From the NCBI GenBank assembly GCA_050084515.1, contig CM114271.1, positions 33,542,001 to 33,606,000 of the forward strand: 64,000 nt of DNA, written 5' to 3'. The DNA is from Blasia pusilla. Its lineage: Eukaryota. A program made the position numbers and the translations under genes. The notes below the pieces were generated by a model, which did not search any database, was not told the origin of the DNA, and saw only the letters and a list, made by a program, of their open reading frames with translations. How positions within the stretch are numbered: position 1 is the first letter of the stretch; the number at the start of each line of letters is the position of its first letter. This document shows positions 25,075-38,874 of this stretch, piece after piece.

Positions 25075-28000
25075 CTATATGACAACGGGTAATGAGCTAA
25101 GGCGCCCATCACCTGTGTGCCATCCTAGTCTGTACGACGCTGCCTCCACCCAATTATCCAAGGAAAACCCCATCGGGTATAACACTGCTTCACCAACCAA
25201 GACGTCGTAAGACTCTGCATCAGTCACTATCGCCTTGGCTCGCACCACGGACTTATCTGTAGGATGTCGTGGGTGAATCCTCACCACAACCTCTTGTCGG
25301 GTGATAAACTGTGTGGTACTCGCTCCACCCAAGGATGTCTGTATCTCAGAATGGACAACGCTCCACATCGGCTCTCGTCAAGCCCAATCCTCTGAATGAC
25401 GCATTCCCCAACATCAGGCGTTGCGCTCCTGAATCCAACAAGACGCGCTGTGGACTAAAATCTCTATCTCCTCGACTCACCAACTACAAGATCTCTCCCC
25501 GATTATCCAGCAACACAACACCAAGAGAAGCCATGGCATGCTCTATCGTGGGTCTAGCCGGCATCTCTGCCATCCTAGCAGCCGCAGCCTGCCATCAATC
25601 TGACGTGGATGGCCCAAGCATCCGCTCCAAGGGCAGGTCCATCACCTCCTCTACAATCACCTCTGAACGTAATGCAAGAACTCCAACTCCACGCTCACAT
25701 AGCATAGCGGCCAGCCGGAACACCTCGGCGAGCGTACCTCCCAATATCATAACATCGGAAGCAAAAAATAGCGGAGCACGATACACCATCGTGGCCGCCC
25801 CCAACATCTTACCTGACACATGCTCCTCTTGAGCATCAATAATAAGAGTCATTGCACTCGTTCCTCCCATTTCTCTCCGTGCCTACACACCAATAACATC
25901 ACCAACTCTCCGGGAACTCTGATCAGGACCCATCGATGGGGTCCTCATCGCCTCGGACAACGTGAAAGATTGAGGAAGCCTAGTCTGTTCCCTAGCTTAC
26001 CCTCGTTGTGGATCCAACTTTGCGGTTGCTCCACGCGTCACAACAACGGGGGCCTCCATCTGGGAAACCCCGCACATCCAACCAAGATCCTCCATATCTC
26101 AGGATGCTCTATATGATGTTGATGCCACGGATCCGGCATCGGGTAACCTCAATGCCATAGCGGTAATCTGCTCATGTAGCTGTTGAATTTGAGCAGCCAT
26201 CCCAGCCTCACGTCCGACATCTCCCTCGACACGTCTAGGTGGTGGGACTCTACCTCCTCCACAAGAAACTCCACCACCCTATCGGGAAAATCCAGCTCCT
26301 CTTCCCCCAACGGGACCACCTGATGCACGACCTCTAAGCCTACCTTGATAGGCTACTCGCTCTGGTGCCCTCACTGGCCCTTAGTCCGGACGTAACTCAG
26401 GGTGTAAACAGAAACACCTAGTGCGTGTGTGACCATACCTATGACAATAGTCACACTGATAACCTCCTGGTGCAGCACCATCTCCTCCTCCATGCTGAGG
26501 CATACGTCCATGACCCTGACAAGTGCAATTGCGTTGATGATGAGCTCCACCACATCACCAACAAGTAATCGTAGGAGGTTGTTGTTGAGCTGATGTGGCA
26601 CGGCCTCCCGGTATCCTCCCTCAGCTCGTGGTGCCACAGTCGATCTATCTAGAGTCCACGTTGTTGCACTGATGGTGTATCAATCGTCACTGCTCTTGCC
26701 CCGAACCCATGGTGGCTACGTGCTCCTCCGCCATGTTGCGCTCAATGTTCTCGGCGGTCCTAAAAACATCTTTCAACATAGGGGAGGTGTTCATAAGAAG
26801 CACCCCCCCACGCACCCGTCTCCGCAGGGTCCGGTCGAGCATCGCGTACCATGACAGGATAGCCTGAGCCTCTGTCACCCCCTGAGTGACGTTGATCAAA
26901 TGGCGCAAGCCAGTGTAAGCGTCGCGCAAACTCTCACCCGGGCGCCTATGGAAATCATGGATGCTCCGCAACTTCTCCGTCTGTACCCCCTGGTAGCTCG
27001 CCCTCAACTCAGCGAAGAACTCAACCATGGGGTTGAACTTGGGACGAACCCGACTAGACTGTGTAACAGCTCCAGTGCGAGTGACTCCTCCTAAAACATC
27101 ACTTGTGGAAGAGGAAGTAGCCTCTCCTGACTCCTCCTCCTCATCTGGGAACGGCTTTGTCCATGACACATGGTATGGGTCGTAGTAGAGTCGCCATGCG
27201 TCAATCTCCTGGGCATATCTGTGGGAGAACTCATGGTAATCATCCATGGGTGCCCCCTCTAAATGCTGGAACATACCGTTCCATGTTGTAAACGCGTTGA
27301 ACTCTCTAGAGTTTGTAGCCCGCTGTGAGTCACACAAACTCCTAAGATCCGCAATGAAGTCGTGTAGCTCTATGGTGCCTATAGCACCCAAAAATCTGCG
27401 CGGTCCTCTTACCCGGCCGTCCATCTCGTACGCCCAACTAGTAGGACCACTCAATGTGTGTGATGGATCACTATCACACTTCTCTACACTCTCTCCCTTG
27501 TCTAAAGATGACATTGAAGGAGATCGAGGTGGTCTCTCATGTGGAGACTCTCGAAACCTTGCACCACTCCGGGTAAACCCTCCAGAGCTACTCTCAGGTC
27601 CACTACCTCGCCTCTCAAAATCCCGAAAGGACGCCGTGATGGTCCAGCGGCACAGTGCGGCACTGGCGGCACATAACGGCTACAAATGGCACCGCACTTG
27701 GGAATGGGGTACGGCTCTCGGTGGCATACCCTCCTCACTCAAAAAAATGAAATCTACTCCTAGTGATGGTGCGGCTCCGCGATCGAGACAGTGAAGGACG
27801 GCTACGAGCGACACGACGCAACAATCGGCGGCGCGTTGCGGCTACAGGCGTCACGACATGGTACTCGATCGTCGTCGAGTGGCTACCAATCACAACATTG
27901 CAAGAAGAAAAGAAACTACGATCCCATTAATCCAAAAAGGTCATATTGTCGTAGTCGCGAGTTAACGAGTGGCGATGACTCATATAGACTCACCAAGTAC

Positions 28001-29253
28001 GGTAGCGGCCGCCCTACCTGGCCACTCGTGACAGATCGTTGTCTTAAACAGCGGCGGCGGAAACGGTAACTCGTGTTGACGGCGGCTGCGGCAACTGATA
28101 GCGGCAGCGGTGGAGACGGCCGCTATCAGTTTTCTACAACTTACGTCCGCAAGAACTCGCGTCGGCGGCAACGGCAATTGACAGTAATGGCAACAAGTGG
28201 CGGAGGCGACGGCGCCGGCAAGGGCGCAGACGGAGTGGATGGCGACTGTGCATACGGTAACAGCGCCGCCACTGGGGGCGGCTGCTTGAGGGTTTAGCCA
28301 TTTTTACCCTAAAAACTCGCAGTTTGCAAAATTGGCCATAACTTTTTGCTTGCAGCTCCAAATTGTGCACTGTCTACTGCACATCGTGCAAAACTTTATG
28401 ATCTACAAGAATGTCAAAAATATTTTGGATAGGAAAATCTCATAAAAACTGATGGGGACTGTCGTAAAGCCCAACGTCTCTTTCTACTACACAAAATTTG
28501 GCAACGCTTCCGCTCTGATTTCTCCTAAAAAGAATCTGAAACCTGTGAAAACACCAATCAGCAAGCTACAAGGCACTCCCAAGTACCGGCATGGGGCAAC
28601 CCGCCCCCATACATAATTTCTAACCAAATTTTGGCAACGCTTCCGCATGCCACTCTCCCACACGAAAAATCGGCAAAGCAACAACAAAATCAAGCGCCTC
28701 TTGTTTCAGTGAGCACTCGCATGAGCCGCAACTTGTCACACGGTCCCCAACTTGCACCAACAGCGAGTGACCAGGGAGCTCCTCCATTGAAACTCTCTCA
28801 CTCTACATTCTCTCTTTGTAAATCACGATCCAATCTCTCTCAACACCATGGCTCTCAAATGTGTGCACTCTCACATGTCTCTCTTAATGTCAAACCAAAC
28901 CCATTCTCCTAATGAGAGGCTTGGGTTACACTCACAAGGCAAGCAAGACCATAGCTCCGCCGCCTGATGCCAAGAGGTTCAACAAAGAGAGAATGAGCTC
29001 CCAAGCTCTCTCTCCTTGAGGTATATCCTCAAGGAGAGAGTGCTTGGGAGAGGGTCAACTCTACCAAACATGGAAACTTACCCAAAATAGTAAGTTTCTT
29101 ATATGGCTCCATATGAGCCAAAACGAAGGGGAAGCCTGCTCTCTCAGGTGTATGGGACCTCAGTAGGTCATCCTTGGCCTCTTGAGCTTGTCCTCCTCTA
29201 CTCGAAAAGGCGCTCTACCAGATCTCTCCAAGCTATCCTAAAATGTCGTGACA
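25075..29253 (-). mobile_element. Decayed, 3'-truncated LTR retrotransposon of the same lineage (gag, two zinc knuckles, aspartic protease)
   Basis: Gag ORF 26687-27514 is homologous to element 1 (RRFLGAIGTIELHDFI; FHRRPGESLRDAY); knuckles CW*CGGAHHQRNC and CDYCHRYGHTRTRC; protease active site RVLLDSGAQRLMLG (DSG at 25427-25435) and YDVLVG; homology to element 1 stops at about 25075. Confidence 0.85.
28734..29253 (-). repeat. Candidate 5' LTR of element 2
   Basis: Termini TGTCAC...GTGACA are a perfect 6-bp inverted pair; minus-strand TATAA near 29100; the outer end matches element 1; the inner boundary is not confirmed by a clear PBS. Confidence 0.45.
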
Positions 29254-32200
29254 CTACATTCAAGGCATGGAAAGAGTGAACGATAAGATGGTTATAATTT
29301 ATTTGACATAACTCTCTTATAGGTCTTTGATTTTTTTGGATATGATCCATAATCTCCATGATTTTTTTAATTATTCAATAATTCTCACAATTGATGTTGT
29401 GTATTGTGTGAAGTTCACAAGTAGAAAAGAAGGCGCTTGCCCAAAGTATCATGAAAGATAATAATTTTTTGGGCCTTATCCAAAAAGATATTTGCCAAAT
29501 TTTCCATTCTAAGTATGGAAAATTTTAGAAGGTTTTCTTTGGAAAATTTTCTTTGTTGGTATCTCCCTACTCGACTTGACAGATGGTATCTTCATTTTTG
29601 AAAAAATCTCTCATCTTTTTCCCCTATAGAGAGGAAGATAAGCCCTTCCAATATCTAGTTAATCTTGATGTAAGTGATATGATATTTTGTGATCTTTGAA
29701 TTAAAAGAGGGTTTTATTGATAAATGACGGAGGAGTGCAACATATTGCATCATTTGAAAGAAATTAGAGTTCTCTCATATAAAAAGTAGTATTGGAGGTT
29801 TTGATTAATGATCTATGAGAGAAATCCACTTGTGAAGTGAGGAAAATGATATTTGATATCATATTACTTGTAATTTTTGGCTAAAGGTAGTATTGGCAAT
29901 ATCCATTAACTCTACCTCTATATGTCTTATTAATGGGCGTCATCTCACATAGAGTTTGGAACTAACATTCATGCATAAGAAGAAAACAACCTGATGATTT
30001 TATGATCAAAATCATTTTCTCGCAAACATGTATAATTATTAGACGTCGTGATCAGTATAGGACAATATGCTTACAATATAGACCTCATATATATGAGTAT
30101 TTTATGTTGGATGCATTGTAGTCTTCACATGATATAAGCATGTATGCATTGACTATGAATACCTACAATTCTCTAGTCAAGTTCATATTTTGCAAGATTT
30201 TATGCCAAAATTTTGAGAATTCTTTTCCACTCGTAAAATTATAATAAGAAAACGATATGAGCATACAATTTATATTTTTTATGCCACTATGGGATTTTTT
30301 TAAATAGCTTTCATTGCTCTTATTGCAAATGCACATATATATAATGAGATTTATCAATACTATTAATAGAATAGTACCTCCCATGATAACAATAACTATA
30401 GTAATCGGATCATGTATTGCAACTTTGAAAGCCATAGAGCAATAATACGTTGCACATGGAAAAAATACACCACAATGATAATGAGAGATCAAGATAACAT
30501 ATCTAGTTCACGCTTCTCCTCAAATGGTATTATTTTATTACTATCACACAAAATACTTAATATTAAAGATGGAAAAACAGACTCACAATAGTGAAAGCAT
30601 GTATGATGTATTAATCTCGGAGACTGCTTTGCTAATTTAGTCAAAGTAAATGCTATATATGGAATTATAATCTTGTATTTTATATCCTTTAAGGGATATA
30701 GATATCAAGATTTTCTTAATTAATATCTCGAATACTATATTCATATAATTTGGATATAATTCAAATATTTTGGAAGTTTTTTATAAATACTAAAATTTTC
30801 CAAGTATTAAGTTCCTTCTTATCTTGAGTCTTAATTTTAACTTCAACATTACTTATGACTAAAAGATATGGATGAAGATTGTACTTAGTTTAATGTGATG
30901 ATCTACTTAATGATGATTTTAGTAGGATTTTGAAGATTCTTTTCATAATGTTTTCTTTCAAATATTCAAAATCATAGTATAGAAGGTTCATCAAATATCT
31001 TTTGATATAAGTCATTCAAATTAAAAATAATAATAAATTCAAGTTTGTAAGAGAAGCATCTCTCATGGATATATACATCATTGTAAAATATAGATAAAAA
31101 ATTATGCACATGAATCTAAGATCATGTTTTTTCTTTGAGGCTTAGAGCCTATGCAAGTAATCATTAGAATCACTGCAAAAGGAAAATAAGATTTTACTCT
31201 TTAAAATTGAATATATTGAAGTATATTCTTACCGATAAAATTTCAAGAGTATTTCTTATTTTTCTCTCGACAGGGAAACTAATATGATATATATCTCTTC
31301 CAAACAATTATCTGCACAGATATTCGGCTCGATCCCTTGTTAGCCTTAAGATATAATATCCAAAGCACTACTCATTACCATAAACATGTTATATTATTTT
31401 GTCTTGAGACTCTAAGATGGAAAAATAAAGCATATCACGAGGATTGGAATTAGACCCTCTCCATAATAATTTATGCAAGTATTTTATCACTATAAAATAA
31501 ATAAATAAATAGAGAAACTGAGTACAAAAAGTATTTACATCCTAAATGTGCATTATGTAGGTCTCTACTAAAACCTTGAATGTAACACATAATAGCAAGA
31601 TAATAACCATGTATAAAAATATCCTCCAACTAAGTCTAGATATTTTTATAGCCGCAAATGAAAGAATTAAAGTACGCTCCTCATATAAAATGAGATTTAG
31701 AATGATGAAGCTTTTGAAGATTGCCAATATAGCTAGAGAACAATAATCTTATGCACATACATAACCTGTATTACTGTTCACATCTATATTCTATACTCCA
31801 TATAATGTTAAATTTTTAACACGAAAAAAATCCATAAATCTTCAAATGTATATGAATACCATGCAAAAATTAAGAGTAGAAATGAAACATCAAATAAACT
31901 CCCATCTTGATCATTCCTCATATCGTCAAATCATATCCATCCTTTACTATAAGGAAACGTGGCTTCCAACACCCAAGGTGATACCAAAACATAGTAAAGG
32001 TGATACTTCTTAAGGTTGATATATGAAATATGGAGCGTGAGCCATCTTCCTATCTTATATATTATTAAAAAAAGAGCTAAAATAGACCCTCCTAAGGATA
32101 ACTCCAAAACTATAAGCTAATGTATGAATAACTATGTAACTTTGACTACAAAAAAAGTAATCCTACTAATCAAGACGAATTAAGACGAATATTTAACCAA

Positions 32201-35200
32201 ATAACTTGATAACTCGCTTCATCATCAAGAAGGCATATATCAGATTATTGACTAAAGATGATGTTGTAAGTATTTAAACAAGTAACATTCCACACATGTT
32301 AGATGTAACTTATTACAATATGATCATATTAGCTTTTATTAGTTTCATAAGGTTTCTTCCTAATTGCCCTGATCCATGAAATATCTTTAATATTTCCCTT
32401 TTGATTTCATTTTCTTTTTCTATATGGGTGTTTTTTTTAAAGAAGAAATGGATTGGATTTGGTTTGAGTAGTTGGCATCATCTCAAACAAACTTCAACTT
32501 TGATGATAATTCATCCCTAATTTTATTGTCATCTCTTCCAAAAAAAAATGGTGTAAAAAACGAGGTTTATCGTTGGTAGACATATCTTGCTTATTGACGA
32601 TTATTTAATTCGTTTAGAAAAAAGAAAGGTTCTTCTTCTTTGATAGTTAGCCCAATATTGATTATCTTTGTGTGTTTATCAACTGGATTTAATAGCTTTT
32701 CAACATATTGACATTTGTTCATCTTTCAACTATTTAACCTCATTAGGTTATTTATATAATTAAACTTTTCCACCTAGTCCACTTACATAAAATTCTTTTT
32801 TAACCTTCATAATTATAGAAGTACATTGTAGCAAAATACTATAGCTATAAATGAGTAAGTATGTTTGAAAAATCTTCTCCAACTTCTAAAAGAATATGGA
32901 AAGTAATTATAGGGTTATGGTAAGGTTCTTAATACATATTGAATATGATCATACACTTATATCTTTGAGTTGTTTAAACTTAATCCCATAATCTCAAGAA
33001 AAATGAACACATTGTTGTTTGTATATCACCGTACTAATCCAATAGACTTTAGCAATATTCTTTCCTATTATATATGTTTTTTTCTCAACGCGGAGTACAT
33101 TATTGGTATTTTTAATGATTATTTGAGTTTTTGATTTTTTCCTATATGCTTTATGATATAACGCATTGAGTCTTAATGTTCCCTTGTAATTCATGCATAT
33201 TTTCATGAATTTATTACATGAACTTGATTGCAAATAGCATTTGTTTCGTAATTTTTTATGAGATTATTTATAATCTTACATACATGGCTACATGATATCA
33301 TTTCTTTACCTTTGGATATATATAAGAGTATTCCGGATATAGAAATTTTCTACAAGCCTTAAAAATATTATAAAGTTAAAGTATACTAAATATATTCAAT
33401 GAGTACATCTATAAATTTTTATACTAGGTTTTGGCTCATAACATGATATTGTAGACATGTCTTGTTTATACGTTTATTATCTATCTTAGTTTCTCTTACG
33501 ACTCGTCTTTTTAGTGATGGTAAAATTATTTTTGGAAATTGAGACAAAAATCCCAATTTTTAGAGTATTGAATTCAAACGATAGCAAAAGTAATGCTTAT
33601 TCAAAATGTAATTGAATTGAGCAAAAGTTCTTTGTATATGGACTTGGAAAGTAGCCCTCACATGCAATGTCGGATGTCTCTTGGATAAACTTTCCTCGGT
33701 GAACTAACATTGTACTTATAATATATAAGTGGATGCTTGTGGCCCGCACGCTTATTAATGATGGATAATTATCCCATGATTAATGACTTAACCAACCCTC
33801 AAAACTCTAAATTGGCCTCTTAAATTAACTTCAAATGATCCTATTGATTGAGATATCGAGAGATCCTATTAGCTGAGAGGGCCTGGTGTCAAAAGGAGAG
33901 GTGGTTCAAAACCAAATTGATATTATCCAACAAGAATATAGATGCAATTTATACTTTGGTTTATATTATAAGAATGACTTATATCATAGATGATCTTCCA
34001 TAGTATGGATTGAAATGATCACCGAATAAATTTACAATGTTGCTTAAGCATATGCTTCTTAAGCTTTGTCATATTTTAGACATTATCCATTAATTAAATT
34101 TTTTCGTATATCATACATATTTATAAGTATTATAAATATGCATAATAAATTATTGGGATATATACCAAAATAATAACTTATTATTTAGAAGATAGCGTCA
34201 ATGTAGGATCCTTTCAAAGATCCTACACTCAAACAATAATTATATCAAAATTTGAGTTGTATCATGATATCACAAGATCTCTACTTCATGCAAGACTTCA
34301 CCATGTTTCCACATCATCTCTTTTCTACCGACTCATACATATATTTTTTGTAAGATCTAATGTTTTAGGACCCAGTCCCATACAACTGAGGTCGCCACGA
34401 CCCAGCCCTATGGTTCTGGATCTTTGTTGATCCGATCGATGGGATGCAAACAAGTTAACGGGACCTCAACTGAATTCGCGCCGTTAGAATCCAGGGCGCA
34501 AGTCGTTGCGACTTTGTTACCGCCCATTTCTATTCTAATAAACAGGAGAGGAGGAAGTAACACTACACAAACAACATTCTTCAAGTTGCATTACATCGCC
34601 CGCAACAGCCCTGATTGTGACTAGATAGGGAACGCGCCGCATAGGACCGAATCCTTAGATATTTAAATAAATTGATACGCACCATAATATAAATCAGTCC
34701 ATTCTATAAAATGATATTAAAGGACTATACTTCTTCATTTCACCATTACCACAAGCTAAAATATCTATATTAGATTTTCTTAATGAATTTTTTACATAGG
34801 TCTTTTCATATTACTAATTTTTTCAAAGGCTCTCAATTTAATACGTTGGAATATATAGATGAAAATATGATCCCTCAAAAGTATGGGGGAATATAAAATA
34901 TGACTAAATCCCTAACATTTTGCAAATCTTAAAGACGTAAAGTGAGCTAGTATATCTGTGCCCTCACAATAGAGCTTCGAGGGAACTTGAATATGAAGAT
35001 AACTCGACATATGAGAATACACTAATGTTATAGTTTCCCGATTATTTGACTACTCGAGAAACTAGGATTTTTTTTCATATTTATTTTTTTCTATTTATAA
35101 AAATTATTGCATTCTGATGCAATATAGGATTAGATCATTATAATAATGCTACTCCATAAACCACATATTTCATATTATTATGTTAATGGTGGATAATTAG

Positions 35201-35253
35201 AAGTGGATGTTAAGAATCCAACAAAGTCTAATACAAAGACTTATAAGGAATTC

Positions 35254-35588
35254 CATGGTTGCACAAAAATAGACAAGTCCATCCTTATGACAGATATGGA
35301 CGGAGAAGTCTAGACATGTTCATGCATATGGATTATGAGAGATGGGGCCCGCACTTATAGTTCATGATGGAAGGTAGGACAAGGGCAAGTGAGGCAATAA
35401 GGAGGGTTGGGGGAAGTGGGGGTGGAGGGAGGAAGAAATGGGAAAGTATGGAACACATAGGGAGATTGGGAAAATGATAAAGAAGGGGAAAGTGGGGCCT
35501 ATATGGACAAGTCCTCTCATTGGACGGACGTAAGTCCACAGACATGGACATGTCCGTGGTCACGGATTTTTCTTCACATGCAACCTTG
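35254..35588 (-). mobile_element. hAT-type MITE, full-length copy D (inverted)
   Basis: TIRs CATGGTTGCA / TGCAACCTTG; 8-bp TSD AGGAATTC / GGGAATTC; reverse-complement core. Confidence 0.85.
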
Positions 35589-35699
35589 GGGAATTCTCCT
35601 TAGATTATTTAAGTTTCTACATGTATTATACATTCCCTTGCAAAATATCTCATGACGAAAAAGTCTCTATTTATCATGATTCTTACAAGTTTTTTTTTC

Positions 35700-35850
35700 T
35701 TCTGGTTATCTAGCTTATCCATATGTTCTACACATATGTTTCATAATTACTTTCTTCCCACCTCCTCACAGGGCCGCACATTGCTTCGTTGTCCAAACTC
35801 CCTTAATCGAGATTCTCCTCATGTAAAAACTCCCACCCAAGATCCTTAGA
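35700..35850 (+). repeat. Dispersed repeat, second copy at about 39675-39880
   Basis: Both share ACTTTC..CCCACC.C...AGGGCCGCACATTG..T.GTT...CAAAC and AAAAC.CCCA....AAGATCCTT. Confidence 0.55.
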
Positions 35851-36700
35851 TTCTCTATAAAAAATATAGTTTCTTTCTGGATGGTTCTATCAATTAAAAA
35901 ATTTAATTTGAGATTATAAAGATATATCTTTCGACTTCCAATTTACGTTACATATAACTTCTCAAATTTTGAAGATATCTTTAACTTTGATATCTATGTT
36001 TTATGCTTTCCGTTCAATTTTTAATATGATCAATATAATCCAAGGTGAAAATTTTTGGATCTATCATGTGTGAAGAATTCAAGTCTTATTTTCCGAATTA
36101 TACTTATGAGCACTTTTATTTAAAGATGTTCTATCTTTTGAATTTCATGAAATAATATATTTAAGTATATTCAACTCATACAACATATATATTTTTATGT
36201 TTAAAGTAATCATTGTAAAATTTTGAGAAAATTATATTTCAAGATGTTTTCCAAATTAGTGCTCTATCATATTTGGAATTGAAGTTTACAAAAACTTTGT
36301 CTATATTATTAAGACTGTAAGGTTCTTCTTGGGAGTGGAAGTTGAGACTAACCCAAAAACAATAAAACCTTCTAAAGGATGAAAAAGCTCCAAATCCAAT
36401 CGGATTTTATGCAATTCCAATTGTATGCACGTATGGGCAATATTTTCTTGTAACTCTAAATGCCCAAGCCATAAATATCCTAATTTAAGGTACAACATAT
36501 GGATCAAGTCCCAAGATTGGCATATTATAATCATGGACTCTTTTCATAAGTAGTATCCCTTTTCCTTTGTTAATGGAGGTAAACTGGACCATTTAGTATA
36601 CACATATAACCAAGGTCCGTGTAATTTTTTCGTGAGAGCCTAAACATTTTCGATCTGTACAAAAGAAAATGAATTTTTTTTAATTATTTTTGAATTTGGC

Positions 36701-36861
36701 TGGCTACTTAGATATAGATACAAAGGAGAGCTTATTTATTCCGTGAGTTTTTGGCATGTGAATAAGAAAATGCTTTAAAATTACTGATTCAAATTCTCAT
36801 TCATATGCCAAAAACTCACGGAATAAATAAGCTCTCCTTTGTATCTATATCTAAGTAGCCA
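36701..36861. repeat. Near-perfect inverted repeat (63-bp arms, 35-nt spacer)
   Basis: 36701-36763 is the reverse complement of 36799-36861 with one mismatch (G:U on the + strand). Confidence 0.95.
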
Positions 36862-36864
36862 CTT

Positions 36865-37020
36865 AAGCTTTCCATGCTTGAAGGATCAAGTTATCAACTT
36901 AAGTTCAATGTATAGTATTTTAAGCTCAACACTTAAAGTACTTTAAAGCATTTTCTCTTTCCAAAGCTTTCCATGCTTGAAGGATCAATTTATGAGCTTA
37001 AGTTCAATGTATAGTTATTT
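36865..37020 (+). repeat. Direct repeat pair of about 56 bp
   Basis: AAGCTTTCCATGCTTGAAGGATCAA...CTTAAGTTCAATGTATAGT at 36865 and 36964. Confidence 0.9.
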
Positions 37021-38729
37021 GTTTACAAATGCGCTCTGTGTAATACAACATGGGATGCTTTTGTCATAAGGATTTTTTAACTTTATCAACAAAATTACAA
37101 GGCAATATATATATATATATAGAAATTTGTATCAATTTCCTTAATTTGAATAATTTCTCACCCAAATGAAGGTATAATAGAGAAATTTTCTCTTCATCTA
37201 TCATCAAACTTTCTTCAAATGATATTTTCTTGGTCATGTACAAGCATATGTGAAATATGTGGATTCTTCAAGGTCTTTTTGAATTAGTTAATGAATGATA
37301 ATTTCAACACTATTTGTTTTGCTCTCTTCTATTTATCTCAAAATTTTCTAGTTGGAATAAAAAGGTCGAAAATAAGATTACCTCTATCTTTGTATTCAAG
37401 AAAAAACAAAAATTTCCACATTTAATATTAATCAAATTATGGTATAACATATAATATGACATAAAATTAAGCTATATTATTGTTTCAAAGCGCATATATA
37501 ACTAGAATAGAAATTTAAATTGAGCTTCTTGCAAGGAGATGTGAGATGGGGAGGAATGAAATAAAAATGAGTGAGAGTAGTCCCTAAAACATGATAAGTT
37601 TTAATGTTTTTTTCAACACTCAATGTATGATTAGAACACCAAATTGCAAAAATTGGTTAAATGTGGGATTGGATTAGGCCAACGTGGAAAGAGCCATTTT
37701 TAAACCAAAAAAATCATGTTACTATTGAGAAATACATACATAACTAGAAGAAAAACTTTTAAAAATTGAACTTTCATTTCATGCCAATTATTAGAAGGAG
37801 GTTTAAAAAGTGAAAAGGGGAAAGGCAAGAGGGTACAAAGGGATGGGGGTTACTTTTTAATTTATTTTTTATGAGAAGATGAAGAATGGAAATAGGATAA
37901 AATCAAAACGTTTTCTTTTTCAAAAAAATTTAGGTGGGAGGGATGTTGACATAAATTAGGATAGAATTTACTCATTTGTGGTCAAGAAAAAAAATGAAGG
38001 AAGGAAGATTTAAAAAAGAAAAAAAAACTCATGAAGGGAATAACGATTATATTAAAATAAGGGGGATTATTGTCTTCCAAAATGAAAAGGTGAGAATGGG
38101 GGTTCTTTGAATAAAAAAGTGAGAAGCCAAAAATAAAGTGGAAAGAGAGTTTTTAAAATAAATTGGATGAATGCAAAAAGAATATTTATGGTAAGGAGTA
38201 TTGAGATTTTTCAAATATAATCTATATTATTATGGGAAAGTTCAAACATTTTCATAAGACACATGGGAAGGGAAATATTAAAAAAAGAAGGCCATTTTAC
38301 TTGTGGAATGAGGATGGTGAAGTGCAAGAATATGGGATAATTTTGAAGATTATGAAATCTTTGTAAATCATGCCTGGTATGAGCATGATGACTAGTCTTG
38401 TTGCAATTAGATTCACGATGAATGAAAATATTTATTAAAAGGAAAAGAGGCTTACATAATTTATTACCTTAAATACTTACAAATGAAATTAAGACATGGT
38501 GGCCAAAGGAAATTTCAAAATAGAGGGACAGGCACATAAAGAACGTTTATAGTAAGGGGAATGGAGATGTCTAAATTATAACTATAATGTATGTTACTAC
38601 GGGAAATTAACATATACCCATTGAACATGTGGGAAGGGGGGTTTTAAAAGAACAAGGCCATTAAAAGTGTGTAATAAGGATAGCGAGATACAAGAATTTG
38701 GTATAAAATTGAATCTTATATGTTCCATA

Positions 38730-38874
38730 TTTTCCTCCCTCCACTCGGACTTCATCCTCCCTGACTGCCCCACTCGCCCTTGGCCTACCTACCATCATGA
38801 AGTAGACGTACGAGCCCCATCTCTTGCAATCCATGTCCGTTCTAGGGGCGGTCTTGTCCGTTTTTTTAAACGTG
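38730..38874 (+). mobile_element. hAT-type MITE copy E (right-hand fragment)
   Basis: TGCCCCACTCGCCCTTGGCCTACCTACCATCATGAA...CTCTTGCAATCCATGTCC...CTTGTCCGTTTTT matches the right half of copies A-C. Confidence 0.65.
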
